Below, in pieces: positions 1-10,272 of a stretch of 64,000 bases of DNA (position 1 is its first letter; every line of letters starts with the position of its first letter). Below the pieces are notes generated by a model, which ran no database searches, was not told the DNA's origin, and worked only from the letters and a program-made list of their open reading frames with translations. This DNA is from a virus, in IMG/VR virus record IMGVR_UViG_3300034198_017445, positions 1-64,000 of that record; one strand, 5' to 3'. The translations under genes and the position numbers were made by a program.

Positions 1-17
1 TGCGTCTCGCTACGCCC

Positions 18-476
18 ATGAAGAGAAATCCTTCTGTGGTGTATCGAACGGAAAAGGCGCATGGTCTGTACAAAGGAAAGGCTGTCTTTGGCGATGGTCT
101 GTACGTCGGCTTGAGCAAATCGCAAGTTGCAGAGATGACGCTCGATCCGGACCGGGAAGCTGACGACGAAACAGTCCCTGATCATGGAAGTGTGAAGGCG
201 TTGCAGTTTCCTAAAGATTTGAAGGTGCTTTCGATTCAAGAGACCGATCTTCCTGGGGGAAGTCGTATTTGGGATCCTGCGCGAATCAAACAGGCCGTTC
301 TTGATGCCGGATACGATGCTTTGCATGTCAACAGCGAAAGTTTGAACTTTGGAGGGAACCAGATAGTTCTCTATCGCGGTTTTGACAAAAAGCTGAAGCA
401 AATCAAGGAATCTGAATCCGGATATTTGTCGCCACGTCAGCGTCAAATTCTTGAGGGTTGGAGCGGCTATCCATAA
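18..476 (+). CDS. C-terminal part of a head-module protein with an ADP-ribosyltransferase-like (ART-PolyVal-like) domain; probably truncated by the window edge
   Basis: Frame is open back to the window start. Motifs VVYR...FGDGLYV...AGYDALHV...NQIVLY resemble ART-like domains fused to phage head proteins. Lies directly upstream of the MuF-like gene. Confidence 0.4.
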   Translation: MKRNPSVVYRTEKAHGLYKGKAVFGDGLYVGLSKSQVAEMTLDPDREADDETVPDHGSVKALQFPKDLKVLSIQETDLPGGSRIWDPARIKQAVLDAGYDALHVNSESLNFGGNQIVLYRGFDKKLKQIKESESGYLSPRQRQILEGWSGYP

Positions 477-1180
477 CTGATATACTTGGGGGCATGGACT
501 TCCCAGGACGCAAGGAAACCGAAAAACAGATAGCGGCTGCTGTTCTTGATGTGTTCAAGGCTGCATCTTCTAAGCTGTTTTTTGGCATTGAAGCGGTCAA
601 TTCTGCCATGAGGCTGGCGCTCAAGAAGTACGTCGGTCCTATCTTCGAAGCTGTCGCGCGTCGCGTCACGTCGCTGTTTGTGGCGATCATTGGCAAGCCA
701 AAAGCGGCTGAGCCAGAACCCGATGGTCCGTATGTGACCGACTGGGACGAGGAGCACGAAATCCATTCTGTGGGTGTTCGGTCCGTCAAGAAGCAGATCC
801 GGGTGCTCGGGGATCAAATGTCCGAGACGAACCGCAAGCGATGGGAACGTCGCCAGGAGCGTCTTGAGGACGATCTTGCCAATGAAGGCTTGCAGGAGTG
901 GGCTGACTCGACTTTGTTTGCTCCGGACCGCGCTGCCACGATCGCTGTAACTGAGCTAACCAGTGCCGTTTCCAATGTCGAGATTGCGGTTGCGAATCGC
1001 GCCGAAGAGCTTGGAATCGTGCAGTTGGCGACCTGGGTGACTGCAAAAGACGACCGTGTTTGTCCTATCTGCGCGCCGTTGGATGGGCTAGGCGAGAGGT
1101 CTTGGAGGATCGATTTTCCATCGGGACCACCTGCCCATATCAATTGCCGTTGTTACTTGCATTGGTACCCGTTGCAGTGA
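458..1180 (+). CDS. Phage head morphogenesis protein (MuF / SPP1 gp7-like)
   Basis: C-terminal WVTAKDDRVCPICAPLDG...PPAHINCRC signature. Confidence 0.85.
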   Translation: MERLSITDILGGMDFPGRKETEKQIAAAVLDVFKAASSKLFFGIEAVNSAMRLALKKYVGPIFEAVARRVTSLFVAIIGKPKAAEPEPDGPYVTDWDEEHEIHSVGVRSVKKQIRVLGDQMSETNRKRWERRQERLEDDLANEGLQEWADSTLFAPDRAATIAVTELTSAVSNVEIAVANRAEELGIVQLATWVTAKDDRVCPICAPLDGLGERSWRIDFPSGPPAHINCRCYLHWYPLQ

Positions 1181-1189
1181 TTCTGCAAT

Positions 1190-1212
1190 TGTGCGCACAG
1201 GCTGGGTACGAT
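1190..1212 (+). promoter_or_regulatory. Putative late promoter TGTGCGCA-N9-TACGAT
   Basis: Same motif and spacing at 7774, 15916 and 26443, each in front of a structural or lysis operon. Confidence 0.65.
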
Positions 1213-1219
1213 TTTCTGC

Positions 1220-4200
1220 ATGGCAACTGCAGAACTGGAACATCGGCTACTTGAATCCTCAAGCGGTTACGATCGTATCGATCGTGATGCGGGGATTATT
1301 TATGGCGTGAAGGTGCTCGGGCTGGTCAGCAAGAATGACCGCAGGTATCTTCCCAAGGCTGTTTCTGATGCACTCCCCCTGTATGAAGGGGTCGCAGTCA
1401 ACATCGACCACCAACGCGACGATCCGAATTCTCGCGTCATCCAGGATCGTCCTATGCGCGATCGTTGGGGTGTTCTTCGCAATGCTCGAATCATCGACGG
1501 CGAAATCTACGCCAATCTGCACTACATCAAATCGCACCCCATGACCGAAATGCTGGTTGAGGCTGCGGAGAAGTTTCCTGAAACGTTCGGCTTGTCCCAC
1601 GATGCAACCGGCGACGAACGGGCGATCAACGGGGAACGTCAGGTTATCGAAATTTGGCGAGTCAATTCGGTTGACGTTGTCTCGCGACCGGCAACCAATG
1701 CTGGTTTGTTTGAGTCTGTCGAAATCCCCATTCACTCTGCTTTTGGTAGTCGCATGAAAAAATCGCTCAAAGAAGCCTTTTGCAGGACCGGCAAGGGCGG
1801 CAAGGTCGACAACTCGTGTTCTGGCAAGAAGGGGACCGGTCGTGGTCGATCCACGGGTGCCAAGGGCGCTTCTGCGTCAAAGGGTGCCACGGGTGCTGAC
1901 GCTGCTTCCGGTGCGTCTGGCGTAAAGGGGGCTGGCAAGAAAAAGGCGACCAAGGCTTCTAAGGCGACCAAGGGAACCAAAGCCACGGAGGTTCCTGTTT
2001 CACCTGATCTGAAGGCGAAGCTGAATCACTTGGCTGCTAGCAGCAACATGCCGAAGCACTTCAAGCCTGCTATGAGCCATCTTGAGCTGAACGGCAAAAC
2101 CTACAAGCTGGCAAAGGCTGGCGCATGGTCGCACTCTTATGTGGCTGATGACGGCACCAAGGCTATGTACCACAACGGCGACGGTGGTCACTACATCGCG
2201 CACGGGACTGATTCTGACGGCGATCCTAACTACGTTCCTGCGCATGCATCGAATCAGCCTGGGGTGCATTCTCGCGACGGTAAGCCGTTTGGCGAAGAGA
2301 ACAAGTTCTCGGCTTTTCACAACAACGAACTCTATACAAACATGGGGGTCGCTACTGGGATCAAAGACGGGAAGAAAAAGGATCAGTTTGAAGACTCAAG
2401 CGGAAATAAAATCTTCCGCGATCACGAGACCAGTGTTTGGACTGACGACAACGGCAAGTATATCGGTGGGCCTGCTTCCAAGACAACCAAGAAGGCTGCT
2501 GCCAAAACCGCCAGTCCAAAGTCATACGAGGCTCGCGTTGCTGCTTATGAAAAGCAGGGAATGACGACCAGTGATGCTCAAGGCGTGGTTGATGCAGAGG
2601 ATCTAAAAGCCGATCCTAATTCACCAATCGGAAAGCCTGTCAAAAAGCCGACGACTTCTAAATCTTCAAGTGCTTACGATGTGGCTGGAAGCATCAAAAA
2701 GGATTTGGAGATCAATCCTGTCACCACTTCTAATGCTCGGTACGAAGTGGGTGGTTTTGGCAATACGTGGCTTACCAATACGCACGGCCATGGGAATCAC
2801 GATGTCGGAAGCCCAACGTACAAAGATGCCGTAAATAAGTATCACGAAACAGCCAAGGGCTTGATTGATGCTGGTCACTTTGATTCGGCTGAGCACGCTC
2901 AGAATTATCTCGATTCGTCTTATGGTCGTCACTTGGCTGATGGGATGCATGGCCATGGAGACTTGTCAAAGATTCGTGGTCTTTCAAAGACCATTGCAAT
3001 TTACAAAAAAGCTGCAGGTATCAGTTCAAAGAGTTCGCCCAAAACCGCCAAGCCTGCGAAAGCTGCTAAGTCTCTCGATGTAACCGGCGCGAAGGTCTTT
3101 CACGCTACCGACGAGAAAGCCTACGACGACAAAGTTCGTATGTGGAAAACTGCCGGTGCGAAGATCAAGACGATTGGCGATCGCACTCATGTTTTGAATA
3201 CCGACGATGGTTCTGTCATGGGGTACATCGACAAACCGAAGTCTGGTTCCTCGGGATCTACCAGCAACTTGACGATCGTCGGAAACGATCCGTCTGCTCA
3301 GGTCATGACGCTTGGTGGAAATCCTGTTACCGCTAAGGCAAGTGACAACTTGACGATCGTCGGAAACGCGGCTGGCAAAGCAGCCAAGACTGCGAAACCA
3401 TCAGCAAAGACTCAGCCTGCTGCATCGTCTGGATCTGATAACTATTTCCAGGACTATGACGGCAATACGTACTACATGCCATCGTCGTCGGGTGATGCAA
3501 GCAAAAAAAGTCCATCCGAGAAATCAAAGTCTAAATCCGCCTCAAGTGGTATTCATTCCATTCTTGGTGCTATTGCGACTCCAGGTAGTTCTGACTCGTT
3601 GGGGGGCGTGTTCAAAAACAGATACACTCCAAAAATAGGGACCGACTCAAAGGACGTTCAAGCTGCGATTGACAAAGCAGGGTTTGAGTTTGAAAGCATG
3701 AATGGTTTCGCCCAGGAGTGGAAGCATCCGAAGACCGGTGAAAAGGTAAGTGTTTCTTATCATCCACTCACGAATAAAGTGATGCATATGCATGTTACTC
3801 CAGGCAAGGCTGCGAATCCGAAGTCTTCGTCTGGTGCTAAGGATGCTCTTGGTTCTGTCTTGACGCACAAGCCTGTCTCGCACAATCCAGGGCTGTATAT
3901 GAACGACTCGGGTGCTTCCGAGAAAGCGATTCACGATGCGCTTGTGGCTGACGGCTACAGGCTGAAGCCTGCAAACTCTTACGGTCATTACGTCAAAGGG
4001 CTGTACGAAAAACCTGCAGGTCCGTATGGATCATCAACCGCATCAATCAGTTTTGATCCAAAGACGGGGCTTCCGAGGTCTGTTAGCAAGTCATCGAGTG
4101 TCATGAAAGATTCGTTCAATCCAAAGGGGGCAGCAATGCCAAAGTCAACGTACAGAGAATTGGTTGAGTCCAACGAGCAGTTTGGTCGGTTCCTTGAGTC

Positions 4201-5041
4201 TGCCCTGGGGGATGATGATTCCATCGGTGGCGTCGGGGTTTCTTATGACGACAGCAGCGATGCCGTTGGTCAAATGATTTCAGCGTTCCGTTCTGCGATG
4301 GGATCGTTGATCGATAACGATGCGCTGTCGACCAAAGAGAAGCTCGCAAAGATGAAGCTGATTCTGGATGCTCGCGAGAGTGCTCTCGAATCCATCGGTG
4401 CTGACTTGAGTCCTGTCGAGGATCTTGAAGAAGGCGACATGATGGACGACGAAGAAGCCATCGACGAGTCTGCGAATCCGTTTGCTTCTGGCGACTCCGA
4501 GGAAGGCGACGCTGAAGAAGTCGACGCTGAAGAAGTCGACGATGCGGAAGGCGATATGGATGACGATTCCACCGATGAAGAATCGGACGAGGACGAGGAC
4601 GAAGAAGACAGCCCTGGTGAAACTAACCAGTTTGCCGAGTCCGACGATATGGCTCTCGAAGACGAGGAAGAAGAACCCACTGTCATGAGTGAATCGGCGA
4701 CTCGTGTCGCTGAGTGCGGTGGTAAGGACTGCAAAGACTGCGATGGTAAAAATATGAAAGAAAGTAACGTTGACGATCTTCGTCTCGAAAATGCTGCGCT
4801 TCGTGTGCGCATGCAGCTTTTAGAATCGGGTTGCGAGGTCACTGACGTTCGCGTTAAGGCGTTGCTTCCGTTGAACGAATCGGAACGAGTTCAGCTCATG
4901 GAATCATGGACTGGCACTCAAAAACGAGGAGAGCGTGAAGGACGACCGGCGCGGTCGCCATCGGTTTTCACGGAGTCGGCAGCGGCTGACGGTGGAAGCT
5001 ACCCAACGGACAGCAAAGAGTTTGCTCGGCAGTTGGGCTAG
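1220..5041 (+). CDS. Prohead protease / scaffold polyprotein with a large internal insertion
   Basis: N-terminal capsid protease motifs (SKNDRRY, NIDH, GLSH, SVDVVSRPAT), a K/S/G/A-rich middle of about 800 aa, and an acidic scaffold-like C-terminus; upstream of the capsid genes. Confidence 0.75.
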   Translation: MATAELEHRLLESSSGYDRIDRDAGIIYGVKVLGLVSKNDRRYLPKAVSDALPLYEGVAVNIDHQRDDPNSRVIQDRPMRDRWGVLRNARIIDGEIYANLHYIKSHPMTEMLVEAAEKFPETFGLSHDATGDERAINGERQVIEIWRVNSVDVVSRPATNAGLFESVEIPIHSAFGSRMKKSLKEAFCRTGKGGKVDNSCSGKKGTGRGRSTGAKGASASKGATGADAASGASGVKGAGKKKATKASKATKGTKATEVPVSPDLKAKLNHLAASSNMPKHFKPAMSHLELNGKTYKLAKAGAWSHSYVADDGTKAMYHNGDGGHYIAHGTDSDGDPNYVPAHASNQPGVHSRDGKPFGEENKFSAFHNNELYTNMGVATGIKDGKKKDQFEDSSGNKIFRDHETSVWTDDNGKYIGGPASKTTKKAAAKTASPKSYEARVAAYEKQGMTTSDAQGVVDAEDLKADPNSPIGKPVKKPTTSKSSSAYDVAGSIKKDLEINPVTTSNARYEVGGFGNTWLTNTHGHGNHDVGSPTYKDAVNKYHETAKGLIDAGHFDSAEHAQNYLDSSYGRHLADGMHGHGDLSKIRGLSKTIAIYKKAAGISSKSSPKTAKPAKAAKSLDVTGAKVFHATDEKAYDDKVRMWKTAGAKIKTIGDRTHVLNTDDGSVMGYIDKPKSGSSGSTSNLTIVGNDPSAQVMTLGGNPVTAKASDNLTIVGNAAGKAAKTAKPSAKTQPAASSGSDNYFQDYDGNTYYMPSSSGDASKKSPSEKSKSKSASSGIHSILGAIATPGSSDSLGGVFKNRYTPKIGTDSKDVQAAIDKAGFEFESMNGFAQEWKHPKTGEKVSVSYHPLTNKVMHMHVTPGKAANPKSSSGAKDALGSVLTHKPVSHNPGLYMNDSGASEKAIHDALVADGYRLKPANSYGHYVKGLYEKPAGPYGSSTASISFDPKTGLPRSVSKSSSVMKDSFNPKGAAMPKSTYRELVESNEQFGRFLESALGDDDSIGGVGVSYDDSSDAVGQMISAFRSAMGSLIDNDALSTKEKLAKMKLILDARESALESIGADLSPVEDLEEGDMMDDEEAIDESANPFASGDSEEGDAEEVDAEEVDDAEGDMDDDSTDEESDEDEDEEDSPGETNQFAESDDMALEDEEEEPTVMSESATRVAECGGKDCKDCDGKNMKESNVDDLRLENAALRVRMQLLESGCEVTDVRVKALLPLNESERVQLMESWTGTQKRGEREGRPARSPSVFTESAAADGGSYPTDSKEFARQLG

Positions 5042-5114
5042 GCGTTTTGGACGGTTGGTTGGCTGATTTTTACTGATTCACTTTTTAGGGTTACTCACCC
5101 AGGACGAGGATAAA

Positions 5115-5840
5115 ATGCGAGGACTTTTGCTACCCCCACAGCACCTGTTGCTTGGTAAGTCGTTTGGTTTCTGTGATCCGTTTGTCAGCAAGGACACCAC
5201 GTTCTGGACGACTACGGCAACGGATACCGGCGCTGCCGTCATGACTGATGCGGCTGGTGGTGTTATTCAGTTGCAGCCATCGGACGGAACGGTCGCCGAT
5301 AACGATGAGGTGTACCTGCAAACGACCAGCGAAATTTTCAAGATCGCTGCTGGCAAGCCAATTTCGTTTGCTTCTCGCGTTCAGTTTGCTCAGGCAGCTA
5401 CCAATGCTGCGAACATCATCTCTGGTCTTGCTGATGCTCCTATCGCCAATACGCTTGTCGACAACGGCGCTGGTCCCAAGACTTCGTTCTCGGGCGCAGC
5501 GTTCTTCTGTGTCGATGGTGGTCTGAACTGGAACGTCATTTACTCGGATGGGGCGACTCAAACCAAGGCTGAATTGACGGCGACCAATACGCTGAACAAG
5601 ACGGCTGCGGTTGCTGCTACGGCAGCGTCTGTGTTCACTCTGCTAGAGATCGACATCGTTCCGAAGACTTCGGCTTTGGTCGATGTGATCTTCAAGATCA
5701 ACGGATCGACCGTATTCAAAATGATGGACCGCACCTACGCCAATGCCACGGAAATGGCAGCGTTCGTTGGTGCCAAGAATGGTTCTGCTAACCAGCAAGT
5801 GCTCAACGTCGACGACGTTTCGGCTTGGCAGGCTGTGTAA
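5115..5840 (+). CDS. Putative capsid decoration/cement protein
   Basis: Lies between scaffold and major capsid; beta-rich A/T/G composition; GAGG RBS. Confidence 0.5.
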   Translation: MRGLLLPPQHLLLGKSFGFCDPFVSKDTTFWTTTATDTGAAVMTDAAGGVIQLQPSDGTVADNDEVYLQTTSEIFKIAAGKPISFASRVQFAQAATNAANIISGLADAPIANTLVDNGAGPKTSFSGAAFFCVDGGLNWNVIYSDGATQTKAELTATNTLNKTAAVAATAASVFTLLEIDIVPKTSALVDVIFKINGSTVFKMMDRTYANATEMAAFVGAKNGSANQQVLNVDDVSAWQAV

Positions 5841-5906
5841 GAAACTTGTGTTTTTGTGGCGACTTGGTCGCTGTGTTTTTTGGCTCGGTGTTTCGAAAGG
5901 TTCAAC

Positions 5907-7070
5907 ATGGTAGTAGACGCAAAGACTCGCCGTCACCAAAATTTGCGGCGATTGTACGAGGCTTCGGTTCGGGATCGCAATACGAATCGGTTCCTCGAAG
6001 ACTTCACTTCGACGCTGAATGATGATCGGCACGATCTTGGCAGTCGCTGGTCGATTCGTCAGTTGGCTGAGCAGTTCATCCCTGATGGGCGCGAAGCAGT
6101 AAATATGCTTCGTCCTACTGGTTCGGGTGGCTTTCAGTTGAAGGAATCGGCGGAAGTCATCGACACTTCGCTGTTCGCAAACATCATCGGACCGGTGATG
6201 TATACGTCCACGTTGAACGGCTTCAATATGCCGGGTCTGGTTGGCGATCAGTTGGTCGAAACCATTCAGACTGCATTCTCCGGGGAGCGTATCCCTGGCG
6301 TCGGTCGAATCGGTGACGACGTTGATATCGTCAACGAAGGGTCGCCGTATCCGAACGCGGTTCTTGGTGAGGAGTACGTTGATACTCCTGAAACCATCAA
6401 ACGCGGCTTGATCCTGAACGTGACTCGCGAAGCGATCTATTTCGACCGCACGGGCGTGCTCTTGGCTGAGTGTGCTCGCGTTGGTGAACGGGTCGCCGTT
6501 AACCGCGAGAAGCGAATTCTGGACGTTGTAACGGGCATCAGCACGGTTTACCGTCGCAATGGCGCGGCTGCTCAAGCTACCTACGCTGCTGACAACACGG
6601 TTTCCAACACGTTGGCAGACTGGACGAGCCTGGATGCCGTTGCTCAGAAGTTCAACGTCATGACGGATCCTATCACTGGCGAACCGATTTCGATCGATGT
6701 CGTCGCGATGTTGGTTCCAAAGGCGTTGGCTGTTCTTGCGAACCGCATCATCAATTCGTCGATGACTCGCCAAGGATCTAGCACTGGCAACAACCAGACC
6801 TACGTTCAGGGGAATTCGCTGTACTCCACGGGTGCTCCGCAGGTCATCACGGGTCAGTATGTTCGTCAACGAACGGGCAGCGACGCGACTTGGTTTGCTG
6901 GCGATCCAAAGAAGTCGTTCGTCTACATGCAAAATTGGCCCCTGACAGTTTCGCAGTCCGACGATTCGAGCGAGGTCGGGTTCACTCGTGACATCGTCCT
7001 GCGGTTCAAGACTTCGGAACGTGGCGCTGCTGGCGTTCGCGAACGGCTGTACATGGTAAAAAACACCTAG
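5907..7070 (+). CDS. Major capsid protein (HK97 fold, Mu gpT-like)
   Basis: VNEGSPY...ETIKRGLILNVTREAIYFD motif resembles Mu-like gpT; synteny; followed by a terminator. Start placed at ATG 5907 after GAAAGG. Confidence 0.8.
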   Translation: MVVDAKTRRHQNLRRLYEASVRDRNTNRFLEDFTSTLNDDRHDLGSRWSIRQLAEQFIPDGREAVNMLRPTGSGGFQLKESAEVIDTSLFANIIGPVMYTSTLNGFNMPGLVGDQLVETIQTAFSGERIPGVGRIGDDVDIVNEGSPYPNAVLGEEYVDTPETIKRGLILNVTREAIYFDRTGVLLAECARVGERVAVNREKRILDVVTGISTVYRRNGAAAQATYAADNTVSNTLADWTSLDAVAQKFNVMTDPITGEPISIDVVAMLVPKALAVLANRIINSSMTRQGSSTGNNQTYVQGNSLYSTGAPQVITGQYVRQRTGSDATWFAGDPKKSFVYMQNWPLTVSQSDDSSEVGFTRDIVLRFKTSERGAAGVRERLYMVKNT

Positions 7071-7106
7071 TTCGGCATGGTGGTATTCACCAGGGAAAAC
7101 TTGTAT

Positions 7107-7139
7107 AAATGGTGGGGAGTGATCCCCACCATTTTTTTT
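7107..7139 (+). terminator. Rho-independent terminator
   Basis: AAATGGTGGGGA-GTGA-TCCCCACCATTT followed by a T-run. Confidence 0.85.
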
Positions 7140-7150
7140 GGAGTGAGTGA

Positions 7151-7771
7151 ATGTCTACAGATGGAAACTTGACGGCGCTTGAAAATGCTTCGCAGGCTGG
7201 CACCACGGGTGCGGCTTCTGCCCAATCGGAACGGTCTGGTGGCAGGCAAAATGCAAAGCCTACTCCCGTAGTTTCGGACCAAAAGGAAAGTTCCGCGAGC
7301 AATCTTGAGGCGCGTCTTGCTGCTCTTGAGGCTGGCGAGAAAGCGTTGAAGGAAAAGCAAGCCGAGTTGCTTGAGATGCAGGAGAAGATGCGCGCGGCAG
7401 AAGACTCGGACCGGCTGCGACCTGTTCGTCCGTCAGAGGCTGTCTGTGTTGGAAACGGATATCTTTTCGTCGTCACTGGAAAGAAGGATTCGGACGGGTT
7501 ACCACGTAAGGAGATCCGTTGTTGCGACGAGTCTGAGGCTTTGCGGTGGTATGTTGCCACGACGCCAAACCCAAAAAATCCCACAAAGCAGGTTGATCCT
7601 GTCACGTTTCACCTTGATGTTAAGTGCATGGATGCGACTCGAAACGAGCATCGCCAACGCGATCTTCGTTTGTCTGTGCTTCGGGCAAAATCGGACCGTG
7701 GCGTTCCATTGACTCCGGAGGAGCAGCAAACGTTGGAAGAGTGGGACTTGGAACGTCTCGGGATTATCTAG
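7151..7771 (+). CDS. Hypothetical protein (head module)
   Basis: 206 aa ORF with GGAG RBS and a coiled-coil segment. Confidence 0.6.
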   Translation: MSTDGNLTALENASQAGTTGAASAQSERSGGRQNAKPTPVVSDQKESSASNLEARLAALEAGEKALKEKQAELLEMQEKMRAAEDSDRLRPVRPSEAVCVGNGYLFVVTGKKDSDGLPRKEIRCCDESEALRWYVATTPNPKNPTKQVDPVTFHLDVKCMDATRNEHRQRDLRLSVLRAKSDRGVPLTPEEQQTLEEWDLERLGII

Positions 7772-7773
7772 GT

Positions 7774-7796
7774 TGTGCGCATCGGTTCGATAGGAT
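7774..7796 (+). promoter_or_regulatory. Putative late promoter TGTGCGCA-N9-TAGGAT
   Basis: Copy of the four-site motif. Confidence 0.65.
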
Positions 7797-7816
7797 AGCG
7801 GACGGAGGTATGTCTC

Positions 7817-8077
7817 ATGTCCGTCCTAGCGTTGCTGAAAACCAGACGTAATTATGTTGCTACTCAGATTTCGGAAATCACCAAGACCACTCTTGGTGGT
7901 AAGCCGAATGCAAACACGGCGGATGGTGGGACGACTATAGATCACGTCGCCTATCGCGATTCTTTGTATCGAGAATTGCGAGAGTTGGATGCGGCTATCC
8001 AGCGTGAGGCGGTTGTCGCAGCGGCGCTTGATGACTCCGATGGTTCCTGGGAAATCGAATCACAGGTGTATTCCTAA
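7817..8077 (+). CDS. Head-tail joining protein (gpW-like)
   Basis: Small helix-hairpin-helix pattern (TIDHVAYRDSLYRELRELDAAI) and synteny. Confidence 0.5.
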   Translation: MSVLALLKTRRNYVATQISEITKTTLGGKPNANTADGGTTIDHVAYRDSLYRELRELDAAIQREAVVAAALDDSDGSWEIESQVYS

Positions 8078-8079
8078 CT

Positions 8080-8433
8080 ATGGTCAACCGAATTCCAGTC
8101 TCGATTCCTATCAATCAAACGAAGTCGGATGCTGTCCAGATTCCTGACTTCGAGTCTGTTTGTGCGGTGTCAATACTCACGGACGGCTTTCAGGGAGCGA
8201 CGTTCTCGTTTGAGATTTCGTTTGACAATGGGACTACCTACCTGCCTGTTCGCGCTCTCGGTGGCGCTTCGGTCTACACGGTAACAGCGGCAGCAACCAA
8301 GGCGTATTTCCCGATCGATTCTGATGTGTTCTTTGCTTCGCACACGGGTCACGTTTGTTTGGTTCGAGTTGTGTCGGCTGCGACTGAATCGACTGGGGCA
8401 CGGTCGCTCCTGGTGCATACAAAACGAAGCTAG
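8080..8433 (+). CDS. Hypothetical virion protein
   Basis: 117 aa beta-rich ORF in the structural operon. Confidence 0.55.
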   Translation: MVNRIPVSIPINQTKSDAVQIPDFESVCAVSILTDGFQGATFSFEISFDNGTTYLPVRALGGASVYTVTAAATKAYFPIDSDVFFASHTGHVCLVRVVSAATESTGARSLLVHTKRS

Positions 8434-8449
8434 CTGGAGGTGGTGACGC

Positions 8450-10270
8450 ATGAGTTACGTTATCCCTCAACCGTATGATTCCGATTTGACGCTAATCGCT
8501 GAGCAAACAAACACGGCGTATGGTCTATCGTTTTTGGTGCTCGCAGATGCATTGGCGGCGCGTGCTCTGATCGGAGTTTCTAACGGCCTGAATGCTGATA
8601 TGACTCGGACATCGACTTCGAGTAATTACATCGGGATAGGGCAAAAGGTTTTTACATTTGCCGCATCCTCCAATCTCGGATGGGCTTTAGGTCAAAGAAT
8701 TCGAGCGACTGCTCTGCCATCTTTTGAATGGATGGAAGGGCAGATAGACGCGGTCACTTCTACTTCCGTTTCCTTTTTTGTTGTCGATGGCTACTTTGGA
8801 AGTGGCACCAAAACAAGCTGGACGTTGTCAATCTCTGGCGAGCCTGGGATGAATGGCAACGATGGGCTGGACGGAAGCGTTGGTCCTGCAGGAACAATCT
8901 CGATTGGAACGGTAACCACTGGCGCGCCTGGATCATCAGCGTCTGTGATCAATGTTGGGACGGCATCGGCTGCTGTTCTTAACATCACTATCCCTCGGGG
9001 CGATACTGGGGCAAGCGGTTCTGGTTCCGGTGACGTATCGAAGTCGGGCACTCCGTCTACTGGTCAGGCTGCGGAGTGGAACGGCGCTTCGACGATCATC
9101 GGCGTGGCTGTTGTTGGGACCGGTTCCTACGTCAAGGCGACGAGCCCCACGTTGGTCACTCCTGTTCTGGGAGTGGCATCGGCGACCACAGTCAACAAGG
9201 TTGCAATCACCGCGCCTGCAACTGGTGCAACGCTCACGATCCAAGATGGGTTCACGCTTACAGTATCCGGCAACTCAACGCTAAGTGGGACAAATAGCGG
9301 CGATGAAACTGGCGCGTCGATTCGATCAAAGCTGGGCATCTCAACGCTTTCAGGTTCGAACACGGGCGACCAAGATCTATCGGCTTATGCGACGATCGCA
9401 TTCGTAAATTCTGCGGTCACTGGTCTGCTTGATCTCAAGACAACGCTGGATTGTTCTTCAAATCCCAACTACCCAGCGGCGTCGAAAGGCGATTGCTATC
9501 CGGTAACCGTAGCTGGAAAGATCGGCGGCGCTTCAGGAGTATCCGTCGAAGTAGGCGACATGATCGCTTGCTTGGTCGATAATGCGGGTGGTACTCAGGC
9601 TGCGGTTGGATCGTCGTGGTTTATCCTTGAGCACAATCTTGTTGGCGCTGTCATCGTAGGCGGTGCTCTTGGAACTCCATCAAGCGGAAACTTAATCAAC
9701 TGCACGTTTCCGACGCTCAATCAAAGCACGACCGGAAATGCTGCGACGGCTACCGCGCTGCAAACTGCGAGGACGATCAACGGCGTTGCGTTCGATGGAA
9801 CGGCAAACATCACCATCGGATGCGCCCTGGGCAATGTAACGGGCTTTGGTACTGGTGTGGCGGCGGCGCTTGCGTTAGCTACCAATGGGGCTGGTGGTGT
9901 TTTGGTTTTGGCTTCAGGTGGTCTTTTGTCATTGCCTGGAACCCTTCGGATGCCAGTCGAGACGCTGACTTACGGCGCGAGCATCGCGGTCGATATCTCG
10001 GTGAGTAACAAGAAAAAAGTTACGTTAACTGGAAGCCCGACGTTCTCTGCGCCGATTGGAACTCCAGCCGACATGGACCAGTTAATTTTTCGCATCACGC
10101 AAGGCGGAACTGGATCATACACTCCTGGCTGGGGTTCGATCTATAAGTTTCGCGGTCTGCTCGCTTCAATCACTTGGTCGACTGCGGTTGGAGCCAAAGA
10201 CTACATCACGTTCGTTTACGATTCATCCGTTCCAGAATGGGATTGCGTGGCATTCTCGAAGGGTAGTTGA
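8450..10270 (+). CDS. Fibre-like virion protein (collar, head or tail fibre)
   Basis: G/S/T/A-rich; short collagen-like GxxGxxG run; TTGNAATATALQTARTINGVAFDGTANITI fibre repeat. Confidence 0.7.
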   Translation: MSYVIPQPYDSDLTLIAEQTNTAYGLSFLVLADALAARALIGVSNGLNADMTRTSTSSNYIGIGQKVFTFAASSNLGWALGQRIRATALPSFEWMEGQIDAVTSTSVSFFVVDGYFGSGTKTSWTLSISGEPGMNGNDGLDGSVGPAGTISIGTVTTGAPGSSASVINVGTASAAVLNITIPRGDTGASGSGSGDVSKSGTPSTGQAAEWNGASTIIGVAVVGTGSYVKATSPTLVTPVLGVASATTVNKVAITAPATGATLTIQDGFTLTVSGNSTLSGTNSGDETGASIRSKLGISTLSGSNTGDQDLSAYATIAFVNSAVTGLLDLKTTLDCSSNPNYPAASKGDCYPVTVAGKIGGASGVSVEVGDMIACLVDNAGGTQAAVGSSWFILEHNLVGAVIVGGALGTPSSGNLINCTFPTLNQSTTGNAATATALQTARTINGVAFDGTANITIGCALGNVTGFGTGVAAALALATNGAGGVLVLASGGLLSLPGTLRMPVETLTYGASIAVDISVSNKKKVTLTGSPTFSAPIGTPADMDQLIFRITQGGTGSYTPGWGSIYKFRGLLASITWSTAVGAKDYITFVYDSSVPEWDCVAFSKGS

Positions 10271-10272
10271 TT

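Noticed and set aside
3266-3367. 22-nt direct repeat encoding NLTIVGN twice
   Set aside because: A simple intragenic duplication in a linker; not an array.
5643-6932. 429-aa minus-strand ORF and other long antisense ORFs (e.g. 57214-58125, 60385-61506)
   Set aside because: Shadow frames of well-supported + strand genes in a unidirectional genome.
8743-8752. 10-nt match GATAGACGCG to the spacer at 40446 (possible self-targeting)
   Set aside because: With about 30 spacers, several 10-mer hits are expected by chance, and there is no T-rich PAM.
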